From Octopus sinensis (Eukaryota), in NCBI RefSeq assembly GCF_006345805.1, contig NC_042997.1, forward strand, positions 183,644,001-183,708,000: a DNA stretch of 64,000 nucleotides, given 5' to 3'. The notes beneath the pieces were generated by a model that saw nothing but the letters and a program-made list of their open reading frames with translations, was not told where the DNA came from and ran no database searches. Position numbers and translations under genes: made by a program. This document shows positions 62,636 to 64,000 of this stretch, piece after piece. The first letter of the stretch is position 1. Each line of letters starts with the position of its first letter.

Positions 62636-62815
62636 AGGGAGAATTCACAAAAAAAAACAAATGACGAAGACGGGTGGTGTAGACAACAAACAGGTGTATT
62701 AGTATAACGCTCGAGAAGTGAAAAAGTCTTTGTTTCGAGCCTACGCTCTTCCACAGAAAGGAACACAGAAAGAAACAAGGAGAGAAAATAAAGAATGTGT
62801 AGTGGCTAGCGATCA
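62636..62815 (-). mobile_element. Reverse copy of the 11340-11545 family
   Basis: Minus CTTT CTGTGGA A GAGC GTAG GCTC GAAAC AAAG (62728-62760); the cleavage triplet is deleted. Confidence 0.75.
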
Positions 62816-63049
62816 CATTGATAGGCCATTAAAATAAACACACCAGGTTGTTCATTTGCAGAATCAAGTTATTGGAGGGAAAACGAAAGAAAAAAAGACA
62901 AAAGTGTACATGGGTTGTAATCGTTCTCACAGTGATAATGCTCTTCTCAATACGTGTGACGTACCAGTTAAAACAATTTTTTGCACCTATTGCATGGATG
63001 GTAAGCCAGGGATCATTCTCATAATTTTCAATAATTTTTCTTTTTTTAG

Positions 63050-63474
63050 GCTGTATGGTAAGTAGCTTGCTTATTAACCACATGGTTCCGGGTTCAGTCC
63101 CACTGCATGACACCCTGGGCAAGTGTCTTCTACTATAGCCTCGAGCCGACCAAAGCCTTGTGAGTGGATTTGGTAGACGGAAACTGATAGAAGCCCGTCG
63201 TATATATATGTGTGTGTGTATATATGTTTGTGTGTCTGTGTTTGTCCCCCCTCCCAACATCGCTTGACAACCGATGCTGGTGTGTTTACGTCCCCGTAAC
63301 TTAGCGGTTCGACAAAAGAGACCGATAGAATAAGTACTAGGCTTACAAAGAATAAGGGCTTACAAGAATAAGGATAGAATAAGTACTAGGCTTACAATCG
63401 ACTAAAGGTGGTGCTCCAGCATGGCCACAGTCAAATGACTGAAACAAGTAAAAAAGTAAAAGAGTAAAGAGAGT
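63050..63474 (+). mobile_element. Family B SINE with an internally duplicated 3' segment
   Basis: Consensus match; GATAGAATAAGTACTAGGCTTACAA is repeated. Confidence 0.9.
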
Positions 63475-63905
63475 GCTCCTACAATCACTGGTATTGTAAC
63501 CGCTTTGGAATTCCATTTTTTTATTTTTTTCGATTTCAATGAGAAAATCTTTATATTTTCTGAACTTGTCAAATTCTTTTGCCGAGATATTATGATCACA
63601 GGAATACTCATGTCGATCAATAAACAAACTTTATTGTTTTGGTCTTTCACAACAATATCTGGTTTATTAGCTTTGATGTTCAGGGCGTATGTACTGGAAA
63701 GTTTCAAAGAATCGTTATATTTTCTCCTTCAGTTACAGCCTTTGTGGGGGAAACTTATACCACTTTTCAACAGTTTTGGTTTTATAATGCCAACATATTA
63801 ACTAGTGTAAATACTGACCAACTCTGTCATGTCTTGAGTTATACTCCACTGGTGCTAAAACTTTACATCCAAAGATTAGGCGGACCACTGTTTCAATCTC
63901 ATGAT
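63475..63905 (-). pseudogene. RLE-type LINE, zinc-finger and endonuclease fragment
   Basis: GCKVLAPVEYNSRHDRVGQYLH, IKANKPDIVVKDQNNKVCLLIDMSIP, NISAKEFDKFRKYKD, IPVIVGAL; frameshifted. Confidence 0.85.
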
Positions 63906-63910
63906 TGTAG

Positions 63911-63912
<2 letters not shown>

Positions 63913-63985
<73 letters not shown>

Positions 63986-64000
63986 GAGTGAGAGCAGTGC
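63913..64000 (-). repeat. (AAT)n tail and 3' end of the 47200-47651 element
   Basis: Minus strand GCACTGCTCTCACTC(AAT)n. Confidence 0.8.

Overview
A 64-kb, AT-rich eukaryotic window dominated by repeats. The SINE, MITE and microsatellite repertoire points to an octopus (coleoid cephalopod) genome; this is inferred from pattern recognition, not a database search. I cannot support any host protein-coding exon, tRNA/rRNA gene or CRISPR array, and nearly all ORF-track entries are translations of microsatellites. The recognisable coding remnants are all from transposons: a 410-aa CR1-group RT frame (60224-61456), RTE and L2/CR1 3' fragments, four restriction-like-endonuclease (R4/Dong/HERO-type) LINE ends, a decayed DD37D/maT-type transposase and an internally deleted mariner. 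Non-coding elements include more than 30 tRNA-derived SINE copies in about five families, five non-autonomous Helitrons, and hAT, Tigger and TA-target MITEs. The best leads are: (1) several distinct dispersed repeat families carrying minimal hammerhead-ribozyme-like cores (CUGANGA-stem II-GAAA), with compensatory stem changes, one palindromic double copy, and a ~860-nt terminally redundant unit, consistent with Penelope-like or retrozyme-type non-autonomous elements; (2) a 321-bp mini-LTR (TRIM-like) element with a tRNA-Ile-like PBS; (3) a GC-rich multi-hairpin island at 32.25-32.64 kb; (4) evidence that the main SINE inserts into its own GGTATTTC motif; (5) many long fold-backs that could be ADAR substrates.
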